This document shows, piece after piece, positions 36,957 to 46,769 of a stretch of DNA of 64,000 nt; within the stretch, counting starts at the first letter, position 1; the number at the start of each line of letters is the position of its first letter. The translations under genes and the position numbers were made by a program. The notes beneath the pieces are model-generated. The model ran no database searches, was not told the origin of the DNA, and saw only the letters and a list, made by a program, of their open reading frames with translations. This DNA comes from Balamuthia mandrillaris (lineage: Eukaryota), in contig JAVKOQ020000001.1 in assembly GCA_031835245.2 (NCBI GenBank), positions 62,001 to 126,000 of the forward strand, in the 5' to 3' direction.

Positions 36957-37981
36957 AGAAAAACGAATTACTTCATGGCAGGTAAGCCATTGCACTTGGT
37001 TGGGATTCAGGTTAAACGCTGGCCCGATGTTGCACACCAACGAAGCAAGAAACAGTGTCTCATCCTCTTTCTCTTCTTCTCTTGAGTCGGACAGCGAAGA
37101 AGAGCTAGAAGGAGAAGGGAGCAGTGGCAACAACGGTCGGTTCTTCCCAACTTTGGAAGAATAGGCCATTCGGAAGTTGCGGTTGCGAGAGTAAACGCCC
37201 ATATCCACAAAAAACGTTTCCTTGTCCCCTCTTTCGTTGCGAACAAACAACCGATCCACGTCTCGTCGGGTCTTTCTCAGCACTTGCAGCTTGTTCAAGA
37301 GGATCCTCACAAAGTTGCCGCAATGGATGTTATCCTGAAAGAAAGGAAGTTGGTGCGTGATGCAATGCTTTCTTTCTTCTCCGTTTTCCTTCTTCTTTTC
37401 CTCTTCGTCGTCAGAGTTGTTGTTTTGTCCTTCGAGTCCGTTACAGTATTCTATTTCTCTCTTCTTTCTCCCGTTTCTGCCTTCTCTTCGTAGGTTGTTC
37501 TCTTCTTCGAGGTGTTCTTCAGGAGCAGAAGAAGAAACAACGGAAGAAGAAGAAGAGTTGAGAATGATGTGACGAGAGAACTTGGAGGAAGTACTGGAGG
37601 AGAGAATGATAAAGTCGTGGCGATGACAGGAGGCAAAGCAAGAAGGATAGCGAAGACGAAGCTCTTCCATCACAAAGTTGAGAAACATCTCCACCATTTT
37701 GTTTCCTTCTTCCTCCAATGCTTCATCTTGTTCTTTGCTAAGTTCTTCTGCTTGTTCTTCTTGAACTTTGTCTTCTGTTTTCTCATTTGTGTTGCTTTCT
37801 GTTTCTGTTTCTTCTTCTTCGGGTTGTGATGTGTCTGGATGTTGCAGCAGAAGATGGAGGTTTGACTTTTTCATAAACTCTATATCAAAGTATAGCTTGC
37901 ATGGACTCTTTTCTCTGATCTTTACCGACATATATTTTTGTTCGAATAACAGGAGCGAAATGAGCCAAGAGAGAAGAGAGA

Positions 37982-38038
<57 letters not shown>

Positions 38039-38719
38039 ACGTACGAGTTCATAATGACGTCGTTTATCGGCAGATAAGCTGAGATAATGCTTCCAAAACA
38101 GTTTGTAGGAAGCAACCACATAGGAACGAGCTCCAAATCCACAAAACGAAGGCGAAGCAGCAGCAGGAGAAGGAGAAGCGGGAGAAGCACAAGAAGCAGA
38201 AGAAGGAGAAGAAAGAGCAGAAGCTGAGCAAGAAGAATTGGTTTCCTGTTCAACAGCAAAAACGTGCAGACGAGAGGCATAAAAGTCGTTGGAGAGAGAG
38301 GCCTCTTCCGCGTTTAACTTGTCGCAACAACGAAACGCCTGGTCTTGCTTCGGAAACTCTTTCAGCAAACTCTGTCTGTTTTGTTTTTTATTTGTTGAGA
38401 AATGAATAAATAGAGAGAAACAAAGGAAGAGCAAAACTCACACAGGGCGACGAAGCCGAAGCAAACGTCTCTGCCAGGCGAGGTCGGTGCCAGTGAACAC
38501 CTTTTTCTCCTGTCGTCCATAAAACACTTTAGGGGTGATCACCGGCAAGCCAAAACTATTCCTCCTTCCTGGCTCTGTTTCCTCGGTGTCATCCCGTCTT
38601 TCGACCTTTCTTTTTCGGATCCGTTTCGGCTCGACGAAAGCCCCTTCCTCCGTTTCGTGATGCTGCTGCGGAGGGCGTTCCTCTCTTCTCCTTCTGGTGT
38701 GGCCCCCAGCACTATCCAT
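36303..38719 (-). CDS. PRIMPOL: DNA-directed primase/polymerase PrimPol (AEP superfamily, UL52-type Zn finger); multi-exon
   Basis: RHYE, SPCKLYFDIEF (DxE), KFSRHII (SxH), FVDMGVYSRNRNFR..SSK, and the Zn finger NRFCENIGREHK..YYQKCYDPDC. Confidence 0.9.
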
Positions 38720-38790
38720 GCCCTACAGCCGAACGATAATCCTCATGCATAACAACTATTTTCGATTATTTCTACGATAAAAATTATTTT

Positions 38791-38800
38791 TGGCGGGAAA
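38791..38800 (-). promoter_or_regulatory. E2F-type site (TTTCCCGCCA) upstream of PrimPol
   Basis: Matches the TTTSSCGC consensus ~72 bp upstream of the ATG of a DNA-replication gene. Confidence 0.4.
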
Positions 38801-39035
38801 AATAGGTTGCAGCGATGAAGCTCAATTTGTGCAGCAGAAGTGTGAAAGATTTTCATGACGACGTGGTAAAAGATGGCGTCATCCAGTTGAACGCGCTCCT
38901 GAATAAGCTGCCGTGGGTTTGAGATCGACACTTGGAATTAAGGGGTCGGGTCGTCATGAGAATATAGAAAGTGGATCCTGATGAGATCTGTCGTGTCGTC
39001 CTTGAAAAAAAAAAAGAAGAAGAAGGGAAGACAAA

Positions 39036-39483
39036 ATGAGCACTGCGGCGGCCGTACAGAGCACATCAACTGAGGAGGAAGCACAGTGTGTTCAGCTTAT
39101 TTTTAAGGCTTCTGCGGTTCCTTTCATATGTGGTCCGTATGTAGTATTGGAGCGGCAAACAATAGTGCAAATAGTGCAAGACACCGTCGGCCCAGCGCTC
39201 AAAAAGCGAGTAACAAGGAAACCACGGGATTTACCTCTCCGATTCTCAGTTGAGCTCAGCAGTGCCCTCCATCAACTGTTTTTCGGTGAGTTTGAGACCA
39301 CCCTTTCTTCCTTGCAACAGATCGAGGAGATCTTTGGAGAGAATAGCTGCATCACCTATGAGCGTGGTTCTTATGCGAAGCTGCAGCCCCCTTTACATAT
39401 CAAACGTCTGAAGAACAAAACAAAGTTCACCATATTTTATGCAGTGTACAATCGATCACATGTTCTCCAATGGCCCGAAGCAG
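39036..39483 (+). CDS. Unknown ~150-aa protein (first exon), convergent with the transposase
   Basis: ATG in an AAAATG context and complex globular-looking sequence up to the GCAG|GTACAA donor at 39484. The sequence that follows is an intron-like polypyrimidine tract. Confidence 0.5.
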
Positions 39484-39854
39484 GTACAAAATCCTTTCTT
39501 CTATCCTTTCTCCTCTCTCCTCTTATTCCTCTCTCTTCCTCTCTTTTCTTTTCGCTCCTCTTTCTCCTTGCTCTCTTCTGTCTCTTCTCTCTTCCTTTTC
39601 TCTCCTCTCTCTCCTATCTTCTTCTTTTCCTCTCTTCCTCTCTTCTTCTTCTTTCTCTTCTCTCTCCTTTCTCGTTTCTGCTTCTCTTCTATTCTCTCTT
39701 CTCTCCTGTCTTCTTCTTCCTCTCTTTTTCTCTTCCTCTCTTCCTCTCTTCCTCTTCCTTTCTCCTGTTTTCCTTTCTCCTGTTTTCCTCTCTCTTTTCT
39801 TCTCTCTTTTCTCTTGTGTTGGTCTTTGGTACTGATCTTTATTTTTCCTTTTCT

Positions 39855-42224
39855 TTACATCTCTTCTTCCTTTTCTTTCTCCTTCTCCACTTCTTCTTCT
39901 TTTTCTTCTTCTTCTTCTTCTTTCTCTTCTTCTTCTTCTTCTTCTTTTTCTTTTTCTTCTTCTTTTTCTTCTTCTTCTTCTTCTTCTTCTTGAAGCTGAG
40001 CTGAGCCAACATACTGCTGCATCTCTGGATGTAAACAAATATTCCGTGATGCCCAGTTGACATTGGGCTTCTGTGTTCGTTGCCTTTTCCGTTGAGGCTC
40101 AGGCAATGTCTTGTCGAAGAGGTACTTTTCTTGGCGGAAGGCAAAGGCTAGTTGTTGATAACATACCTTCCTCTCTCCTTTTCTCCCTCCATATCCACTA
40201 GTTGGTGCTTTCTTGTTTCTGGAGTGGCGACTCTCGTCTGCATAGTTGGCGAACTTTTCCACCGATCCGTACTTGTGCAAATAAAATCCAACGTGGTAAA
40301 CAAAAACGTGTATGTATGGCGTTACCTCCTCTTCTCCATATCGCTTGCTAAACATGAAACCAAACTCACGCGCCATCTTTAGCCATTCCTCCTCTGTTAT
40401 TATGACTTGTGGCTGGGCAGCAAGGGTATAAAGTTTCGCAAACAGTTCCCATATTTCTTCCGTTTGTTGTGTCCTTGTCCCATCTCCCACTGACCTTCTT
40501 AGTGCTGCCATAAACAAAGCTCGTTGCTCGAGAATACGCAAATAGTCTGAACGGCCAAATCTTGCTTTCTTTACCCGTTGCTCCAAGGTTTTGACCTTCT
40601 TCTTCTTCTTGGTTTCTTTCGGTAACTTCATCTTCAACGTCTCAAAGCATTTCTCGAAGCCTTCAGCAAGGGGTGAATCGTTAGGTGCTTGCTCCATTAG
40701 CAGTTCCAACAGCTTGTGCATGACTCCCATGAAGCAGTGTAGCATGCAGGGGATGATGTGGTCAAGAAGAATGTTGATCAAAGGTTTGTTTTGCACCCCA
40801 AAGTGTTTCTGGGCAAAACGATCTTTTCCACTCTTAGATTCACACTTCTCTGCTTGCTCACCATCTCTCCACATTTCTGCTTCGTTTCGCAAGGGCCAGC
40901 ACTCGATGGCAAAGTTCGCGATTGAATGCTTGTCAACGCAGCACCAAGGACACTTCCACTTCGAGTTTGGATGATAGCAACTGTAGAGTCCAAGCAAATG
41001 TACCAACGCTGCCATGTCGCACACAAGCACAGGCTCGAGAGCATACTCGGTACCGTTGGCACAAATAGTTCCTCCGTTAGCAAGGTATTCTATCCCTTTC
41101 ACTGCATTCTGTAGTTCCAGCTGTAGTGCTTCTCTGTCTTCCTCACCGAGGAAAATGAGATACTGGTGTGCGTTGTTTACAGACTTGGCTTTTGCTAACT
41201 CGAGGCCATCAAAAAGGAAGTTGAAGGTGCCGATCTCTTGCTTTTTCCGTTTGCCCTGGGTCATGGTGGCTCCATCAAAGGCAAACTTCACCAAGTGCTT
41301 TTGTCCTGGTTTGTTTTCTGGAGGAGGATTGTGTGCTAACACCCAGCTCATGTATTGCAAAAGGGGCAATTCGTAGCCATTCCCTCCGAGGGTTACTCTT
41401 GGTTCCATGGATTCCATAAGTGCTGCTTTTTGCTTGTTGAGGTGATGAATGGAGGTGGAGTCATCGAGGTTGAAAACAGACATGGTGTATCTCCAGTTCT
41501 TGTCTGTTATACCAACTGTTTCTTTGTAGGCAAGTAACACTGAAAGTGCAGGTTGGTGGCGTGGCTGTTGAAGCTCTTGAAATTCGCTAATATGCTCTTT
41601 CAGATAGTGGATCGTAGCTGGATCGCTTTTTACAAGCTCTCCAAGGGCCATCATGAATGATTGTTGGGGACAGAGACATCGCAACAAGGCCTTTGCTTGC
41701 TCTTTGAGGTACACTTCTTCCCTTTCTTTTTTGTTTTCTTCCAACACACTTTGCCAGTCTGTTGCTATCCATCGTTCCTTCATTTCCTCCAGCTCTTTTT
41801 TGCGTTGATACATGACGTTTTCTTGTCTCTTTTCTTCTTCTTTTTCTCGCTCCATTTGCAGGAAGGCTGTTGTGTGTCTCGAATCTTCGCACCGTTGGCA
41901 GTCCTCAGAGCAATTAACGTGGTCATCATGAAGCTCATGGGTTGAGCGGGTGCAAGCAACCTTGAACAGACGGATACATCCATTGGTATGTCGGCACTGA
42001 AAGAATGCTTCTGTTGGTTGTGCTTTGCCCTTTGTTTTGCCCTCCCAACGCAAGCAAGAGGGACAACCAGCATCGCAACCATGATAGCGCTGCATTCTTT
42101 CATGTTTCCACATGGCTTTTGCAGAGGCATAGAGGACTCGTTGGCCATCTTTTCCGGTGTGATGGCAGCGTTGGTGCTCGCACTCCCACTTTTTTTCTTG
42201 CCCTGCTTCTCCACTTCGCTCCAT
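39855..42224 (-). CDS. RAG1-like/Transib-superfamily DDE transposase, intronless, 789 aa
   Basis: Ordered motifs VKFAFDG (D1), VLVCDM..LLGL..KCPWC (D2 + CxxC), PCMLHCFMG, VTPYIHVFVYH (HxxxxH) and GSVEKFANYADESRH (E). These parallel RAG1 ESCDG, GYDEK..GL..CTLC, DALHCDIG, TNYFHKTLAH and GSIGAWASEGNESGN. Confidence 0.8.
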   Translation of the reverse strand: MERSGEAGQEKKWECEHQRCHHTGKDGQRVLYASAKAMWKHERMQRYHGCDAGCPSCLRWEGKTKGKAQPTEAFFQCRHTNGCIRLFKVACTRSTHELHDDHVNCSEDCQRCEDSRHTTAFLQMEREKEEEKRQENVMYQRKKELEEMKERWIATDWQSVLEENKKEREEVYLKEQAKALLRCLCPQQSFMMALGELVKSDPATIHYLKEHISEFQELQQPRHQPALSVLLAYKETVGITDKNWRYTMSVFNLDDSTSIHHLNKQKAALMESMEPRVTLGGNGYELPLLQYMSWVLAHNPPPENKPGQKHLVKFAFDGATMTQGKRKKQEIGTFNFLFDGLELAKAKSVNNAHQYLIFLGEEDREALQLELQNAVKGIEYLANGGTICANGTEYALEPVLVCDMAALVHLLGLYSCYHPNSKWKCPWCCVDKHSIANFAIECWPLRNEAEMWRDGEQAEKCESKSGKDRFAQKHFGVQNKPLINILLDHIIPCMLHCFMGVMHKLLELLMEQAPNDSPLAEGFEKCFETLKMKLPKETKKKKKVKTLEQRVKKARFGRSDYLRILEQRALFMAALRRSVGDGTRTQQTEEIWELFAKLYTLAAQPQVIITEEEWLKMAREFGFMFSKRYGEEEVTPYIHVFVYHVGFYLHKYGSVEKFANYADESRHSRNKKAPTSGYGGRKGERKVCYQQLAFAFRQEKYLFDKTLPEPQRKRQRTQKPNVNWASRNICLHPEMQQYVGSAQLQEEEEEEEEKEEEKEKEEEEEEEKEEEEEEKEEEVEKEKEKEEEM

Positions 42225-42677
42225 TTTTTTTCCTTTTTTTTTTCTTTTTTGGTTTTTTTGTTTTGTAAATATTTTCGGGGAAAAATTTGGCTCTAGTTTC
42301 TAACGACGTGAGAGGTGCTAGTGAACCACTCGCACTTTTTCCTTTTTTGTTGATCTAGATTCACGTCGTTAGAAAGTGGATCCGTCCAAGTGCAGTCCAG
42401 AATCCCCTTGCACTGTAAGCCTGCAAGATAGACAAACCAACGAAAACGCGGCACGCTATTCCCCTTTGTCTCAGTGGGAAAATACATGACTCCTCAATGC
42501 CTATGTCCACCCTGCGCCGCTTCTCACTTCTTGCACTGCACGGAGAGAAGGATCGCATTCCTGCCCTACTGCCGACAGCTTCATACCATGTACAGGGAAC
42601 ATTTGTATGCGAAGAAGGAATGAAGCAGGCTGCTCTTTGTGTGTGGATAATCATTATATTTTTTCTCTTTTTATATA

Positions 42678-43290
42678 TTATAAGGTTAACAGGTTGAAGA
42701 GCAGAAGACCGTCGATCACATGGATCACACCATTAGTGGCAAAGTTATCAGCAGAGATTACCTTGGCCGAGGTGAAGTCCATCATCAAAACCTGACTCCC
42801 TCCGTCAGGTCAAAGGAGATTTCTAGTTGCCTAATGAATGGGGGTACCTTCATGCCGTCCACCATAGCTGTGGTAGAAAGAGCTGCCTCCACGACATGCC
42901 CCAAGAGTAATGGGGTGAAGGTCTCTGGCGAGTCCAAGAGGAACCTTAGAAATCCGTCTGGAAGAGAATCAAACGCTAGGTTCGGGGGGCGAATATGGTG
43001 TAGGTGTGGTTGGGGTTGGTAAACTGCTCATTGAGACCACACGCCTTAGCAGCTAAAAGGAAGGTGGTGAGCCCGAGACTTTTACCAAGAGCAACCAGGT
43101 TTTTGGTGGGTGTTACGGGACATTGCTCGCAATGCTGGCACTCCTCACAATCCTCGCAGGGCTCTGGTTCGCAGCTTCCAGGGGGTCAACCCCTCAAAAT
43201 CAAAGTTGATGGTGGTCTCTCGGCGGAGGAGAGACTGGGGACTGCCAGAAACGCAGCGAAAAACATCAGCATCACAACGCTCTTGCCCAT
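42678..43290 (-). pseudogene. Frameshifted FAS1 (fasciclin) paralog
   Basis: Homologous to the copies at 44690 and 45889. A deletion after the signal peptide (TCC GCC GAG AGA CCA..) shifts the frame to TGA at codon 35, while the C-terminal ADNFATNGVIHVID is retained. Confidence 0.8.
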
Positions 43291-44689
43291 GTTATCGCTT
43301 CTTTTTTCTTAAACTTTTTCGTTCTTTTTCTTTAAAAAGAAGATTTTTGGGCAGTTGTTATGGGAAACGACATATCGTCAAGAGTGGTGTCTTTTGGAAG
43401 AAGAGACATAAGACCAAAAAACGAGAGCAGAGAAGAGAGAGGGCGGAAATCCTAGTCCTCCTCCACTCAGCCTTTGCTTTTTCCTCAAGGACTCGTTGCT
43501 TTTGGTTCTCTGGTGAGCAGCTTTGTGGCAAGTTCCTTCCTCTTTTCTTCCAGCTCTTGCATCTGCTTCCATGACGCTCTTGTCACCACCCGGCCTTGGG
43601 TTGTGCCAATCTCTCCCTCTCTCTCTCTCTCTCTCTCTCGCTATCTCTCTCACTCTCTTACGACGCTCACAAAGGAGATATAAGATTGGCGGCTCATGGT
43701 TTTCTCTTATCAGAACGACTGTTTCGTATGTACGTTTTCAGGCTCTCTGATCATCGTACCATGTTCGCGTGGCGTTACATCCTTCTCCACTTTCAAGACA
43801 ACAGCAACGCTTGTTGGGTTGAAAGTCAATAGAACGCCATTGCTGCTTCTACATCCCCTTTGATCTTCTCCACTCCCTAACCTCGTATCCAGTCAGGTCA
43901 TATGCTAATCGACTTCTTCATCCGTTCCTTGTGCCTTCTTCTTCTTCTGTTGCCGCCTCTCGATTATGCTGTTCTGGAAAGTTCCAGTTTGATCCTCTTC
44001 GGGGTCGTTTTGCAGGCCCTCTCTTCTTTGGTTCAGGCATGATTGGATGCTGCGTTAGATCCTTCTCCTCTTTCTTTTCTTCTTCTCCTGCCCTCGTTTT
44101 GCTGAAGGTAGCGCTTCCATCCTTCTCCATCCAGATTCTTTGGACGAAGGCTGGTACTGCTGACTGTCATAGAGGAGCTTGCTGTGGGCGCCAGCCTTAC
44201 GGATACTTCCGCAACCAGTTGGTTTGTTCCTCCTGAACGTGGTGAGAATGGCCTGGAGCGTAGAGTAGGAACGCTCGACTGACCGTTGGTTTGATACGTG
44301 GTGAAGTCAGCGACAAACTCTAAAAGTACGCCGCATGGCGAGCAGAGTCTCTTCGTTTGAAGGCTTCCGCCTGTTAGCAAAACTCTCTCATTCACTACAG
44401 TTGTGCCGCTCCTGCTTCTCGAGTCCCTCCTTCTCCTCTTTTGTCCTCTGCTCTCTTTTCAGCTCGCACGTCTAAAGCGTCAGCTTCCTCTTTGTTCCTC
44501 TGCGACTCCTTCTCAGACTCTCTCCATCCTCTTTTTGTTTCTTTCTTGTTTCGCGTGCGTTGTTGTTGCAGCAATGGGGAGGAGGAAAGGAAGGAGACAT
44601 AGGAGATTCCTCGGTTTTTTGAGGCCGTCCGAAGACGAAGGTCAGTTGAAAAAGAATAGAAGCGCAACATTAAGACCGGATTATTCGCC

Positions 44690-45298
44690 TTAAAACAAGG
44701 AGATCAGCAGGTCATCAATCACATGGATCACACCGTTGGTTGCAAAGTGATCAGCGGAGGTCACCATGGCGGAGGAAAAGTCCACATTCACCGTGACTCC
44801 AAACGTCAGGTCAAAGGTGAGAGGAAATTGCCCGATGACGGGAGGCACCTTCATGCCGTCCACCAAGGCTGCAGTAGGAAGGGCTGCCTCCACGACATGC
44901 CCAAAGAGGATCGGCGCGCATAGGTCAGGCGAGTCCTCGAGGTAACCCAGAAATCCGTCTGGAAGAAAATCAAACGCCTCGTTCCTGGGGGCAAATATGG
45001 TGTAGGTGTTGTTGGGGTTGGTAAACTGCTCACCGACACCGCATGCATCGGCAATCAAGAGGACAGTGGTGAGCCCGAGACTGTGACCGAGAGCAACAAG
45101 GTCTTTGGTGGGTCCTTCGGGACATTGCTCGCACTGCTCGCACTCCTCACACTCCTCGCAGGGCTCTGGTTCGCAGCTTCCACCGGGGATCAAACCCTTG
45201 AAGTTGAAGTTGATGGTGGTGCTCTCATCGGCGGAGGAGAAAGAGGGGGCTGCCAGAAAAGCAGCGAAAAGCAGCAGCACCACAACGCTCTTGCTCAT
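44690..45298 (-). CDS. Secreted single FAS1 (fasciclin) domain protein with a Cys-Glu repeat linker
   Basis: Signal peptide, CEECEECEQCEQC, TIFAPRNEAF (H1), LFGHVV and ATNGVIHVIDDLL (H2). Confidence 0.9.
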   Translation of the reverse strand: MSKSVVVLLLFAAFLAAPSFSSADESTTINFNFKGLIPGGSCEPEPCEECEECEQCEQCPEGPTKDLVALGHSLGLTTVLLIADACGVGEQFTNPNNTYTIFAPRNEAFDFLPDGFLGYLEDSPDLCAPILFGHVVEAALPTAALVDGMKVPPVIGQFPLTFDLTFGVTVNVDFSSAMVTSADHFATNGVIHVIDDLLISLF

Positions 45299-45888
45299 TT
45301 TGTCGCTTCTTTTTTTCTAAAATGCTTTATCGTTCTTTGCCTTTTTCTTTATATTTGGGGAAGCTGTTGTGGGAAACGACGCATCCTCATACCCAAATAT
45401 GAGGAGTGGTCTTTTCGCTGCAGAGATATTAATAAAAAAAAAATGAACCAAAAAAGACCCTCGTTGCTTTGGTTTTTCTTGTGAGCAGATCCGTGGCAGT
45501 CCCGTTTCTTTACGGTCGGCGAAAGCATGACCTTTGTGCCGAAGGGCAGATCCGTAAGGCTGGCGCCATAGCACGCCTCTCCAGACCTTCCCCACGGCAC
45601 GCGGGATCGTCCGTTTCAAATCGCGCACAGGCTACCGCTGCCATCCTTGGTAGAGCATAGCTGAGCGGCAAACCGGAACTGCACATCACGTCCATCAGAC
45701 TGCGACTCTGATGCAAAGATGATGCGAAGAAGGGATAGCCAATAAAAAAGAAAGAAAAGGGTTTGAGGGCGAAAGGAGCATGAAGTTGGGGGTAGAAGGG
45801 GGAACGTTAGGTGCAAGCAGATAGGGTTCTTGAAAGAAATCACGGACACAGGTGGAGCGGACGCAACATTTAAACCGTATTATTCGCT

Positions 45889-46497
45889 TTAAGATATGGA
45901 GACCAGAAGCTTGTCGATCACATGGATCACACCGTTGGTTGCAAAGTTATCAGCAGAGATCACCGTGGCCGATGAAAGGACGACAGACACCGTGACTCCA
46001 TCCGTCAGGTCAAAGGTGAGATCAAATTCCCCAACGATGGGGGGTACGGTCATGCCGTCCACCATAGCTGTGGTAGGAAGAACTGCTCCCACGACATGCC
46101 CCAAAAGCAACGAGGAGCAGAGTTCTGGCGAGTCGATGAGGAAATCTAGAAATCCCTCTGGAAGAAAATCAAACGCTTCGTTGGTGGGGGCGAATACCGT
46201 GTGGGAGACGTTGGGTTTGGTGAAAAGCTCAATAAGATCGCATGCCTCGGCAGCTTCATAGACGGTGGTGAGCCCAAGACTGGTACTGAGGGCAATAAGG
46301 TCCTTGGTGGGTCCTTCGGGACATTGCTCGCACTGCTCGCACTCCTCACACTCCTCGCAGGGCTCTGGTTCGCAGCTTCCACCGGGGATCAAACCCTTGA
46401 AGTTGAAGTTGATGGTGGTGCTCTCATCGGCGGAGGAGAACCTTGGAACTGCCAGAAAAGCAGCGAAAAGCAGCAGCACCACAACGCTCTTGCCCAT
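45889..46497 (-). CDS. Secreted single FAS1 (fasciclin) domain protein, paralog
   Basis: Signal peptide, TVFAPTNEAF, LLGHVV and ATNGVIHVIDKLL. Confidence 0.9.
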   Translation of the reverse strand: MGKSVVVLLLFAAFLAVPRFSSADESTTINFNFKGLIPGGSCEPEPCEECEECEQCEQCPEGPTKDLIALSTSLGLTTVYEAAEACDLIELFTKPNVSHTVFAPTNEAFDFLPEGFLDFLIDSPELCSSLLLGHVVGAVLPTTAMVDGMTVPPIVGEFDLTFDLTDGVTVSVVLSSATVISADNFATNGVIHVIDKLLVSIS

Positions 46498-46769
46498 TTT
46501 TAAGCTTCAAGCAAATTTCGAATTAAGGGGCCATAATATAAAGATCTTAATGGACTCTCCTCTCCTTGAGAGAAGCAAAGGCGCCTGACCCGTTTCCACC
46601 CCAGCTATCGGAGCTCCAAGAGTGACGACACAAAGGAGGAAAGAAGCTTTGTGGAAGACATAAATGGTGCAGAGTAGAGAGAAGAAACAGAGAGAGAGCG
46701 AGAGAGAGAGAGAGAGAGAGAGAGAGGGTGATGATGAGGATGGTGAGGAGGATTGCACTGTATATTCTC

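Larger units (their letters stand above)
38929..42392. mobile_element. Putative RAG1/Transib-like DNA transposon (or domesticated derivative) with two convergent ORFs
   Basis: Contains the DDE transposase ORF. CACTTGGA at 38929 and its inverse TCCAAGTG at 42385-42392. TAGAAAGTGGATCC occurs near both ends. No TSD is visible, so the boundaries are tentative. Confidence 0.5.

Noticed and set aside
39036..39483. Calling the partner ORF RAG2-like
   Set aside because: No kelch-type GG/Y/W repeats or PHD finger, and it is too short. Only the orientation is analogous.
39484..40004. Phe/Leu/Ser-rich hydrophobic tail of the 322-aa ORF, resembling a multi-TM protein
   Set aside because: Read-through into a polypyrimidine intron-like tract and the antisense of the transposase's poly-Glu tail.
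38924..42397. Target-site duplication for the candidate transposon
   Set aside because: The flanks ATCGA and CAGTC do not match as a 2-, 3-, 4- or 5-bp duplication.
43350..44670. Protein-coding gene in the FAS1 spacer
   Set aside because: Only short, broken ORFs without recognisable motifs or a consistent splice structure.
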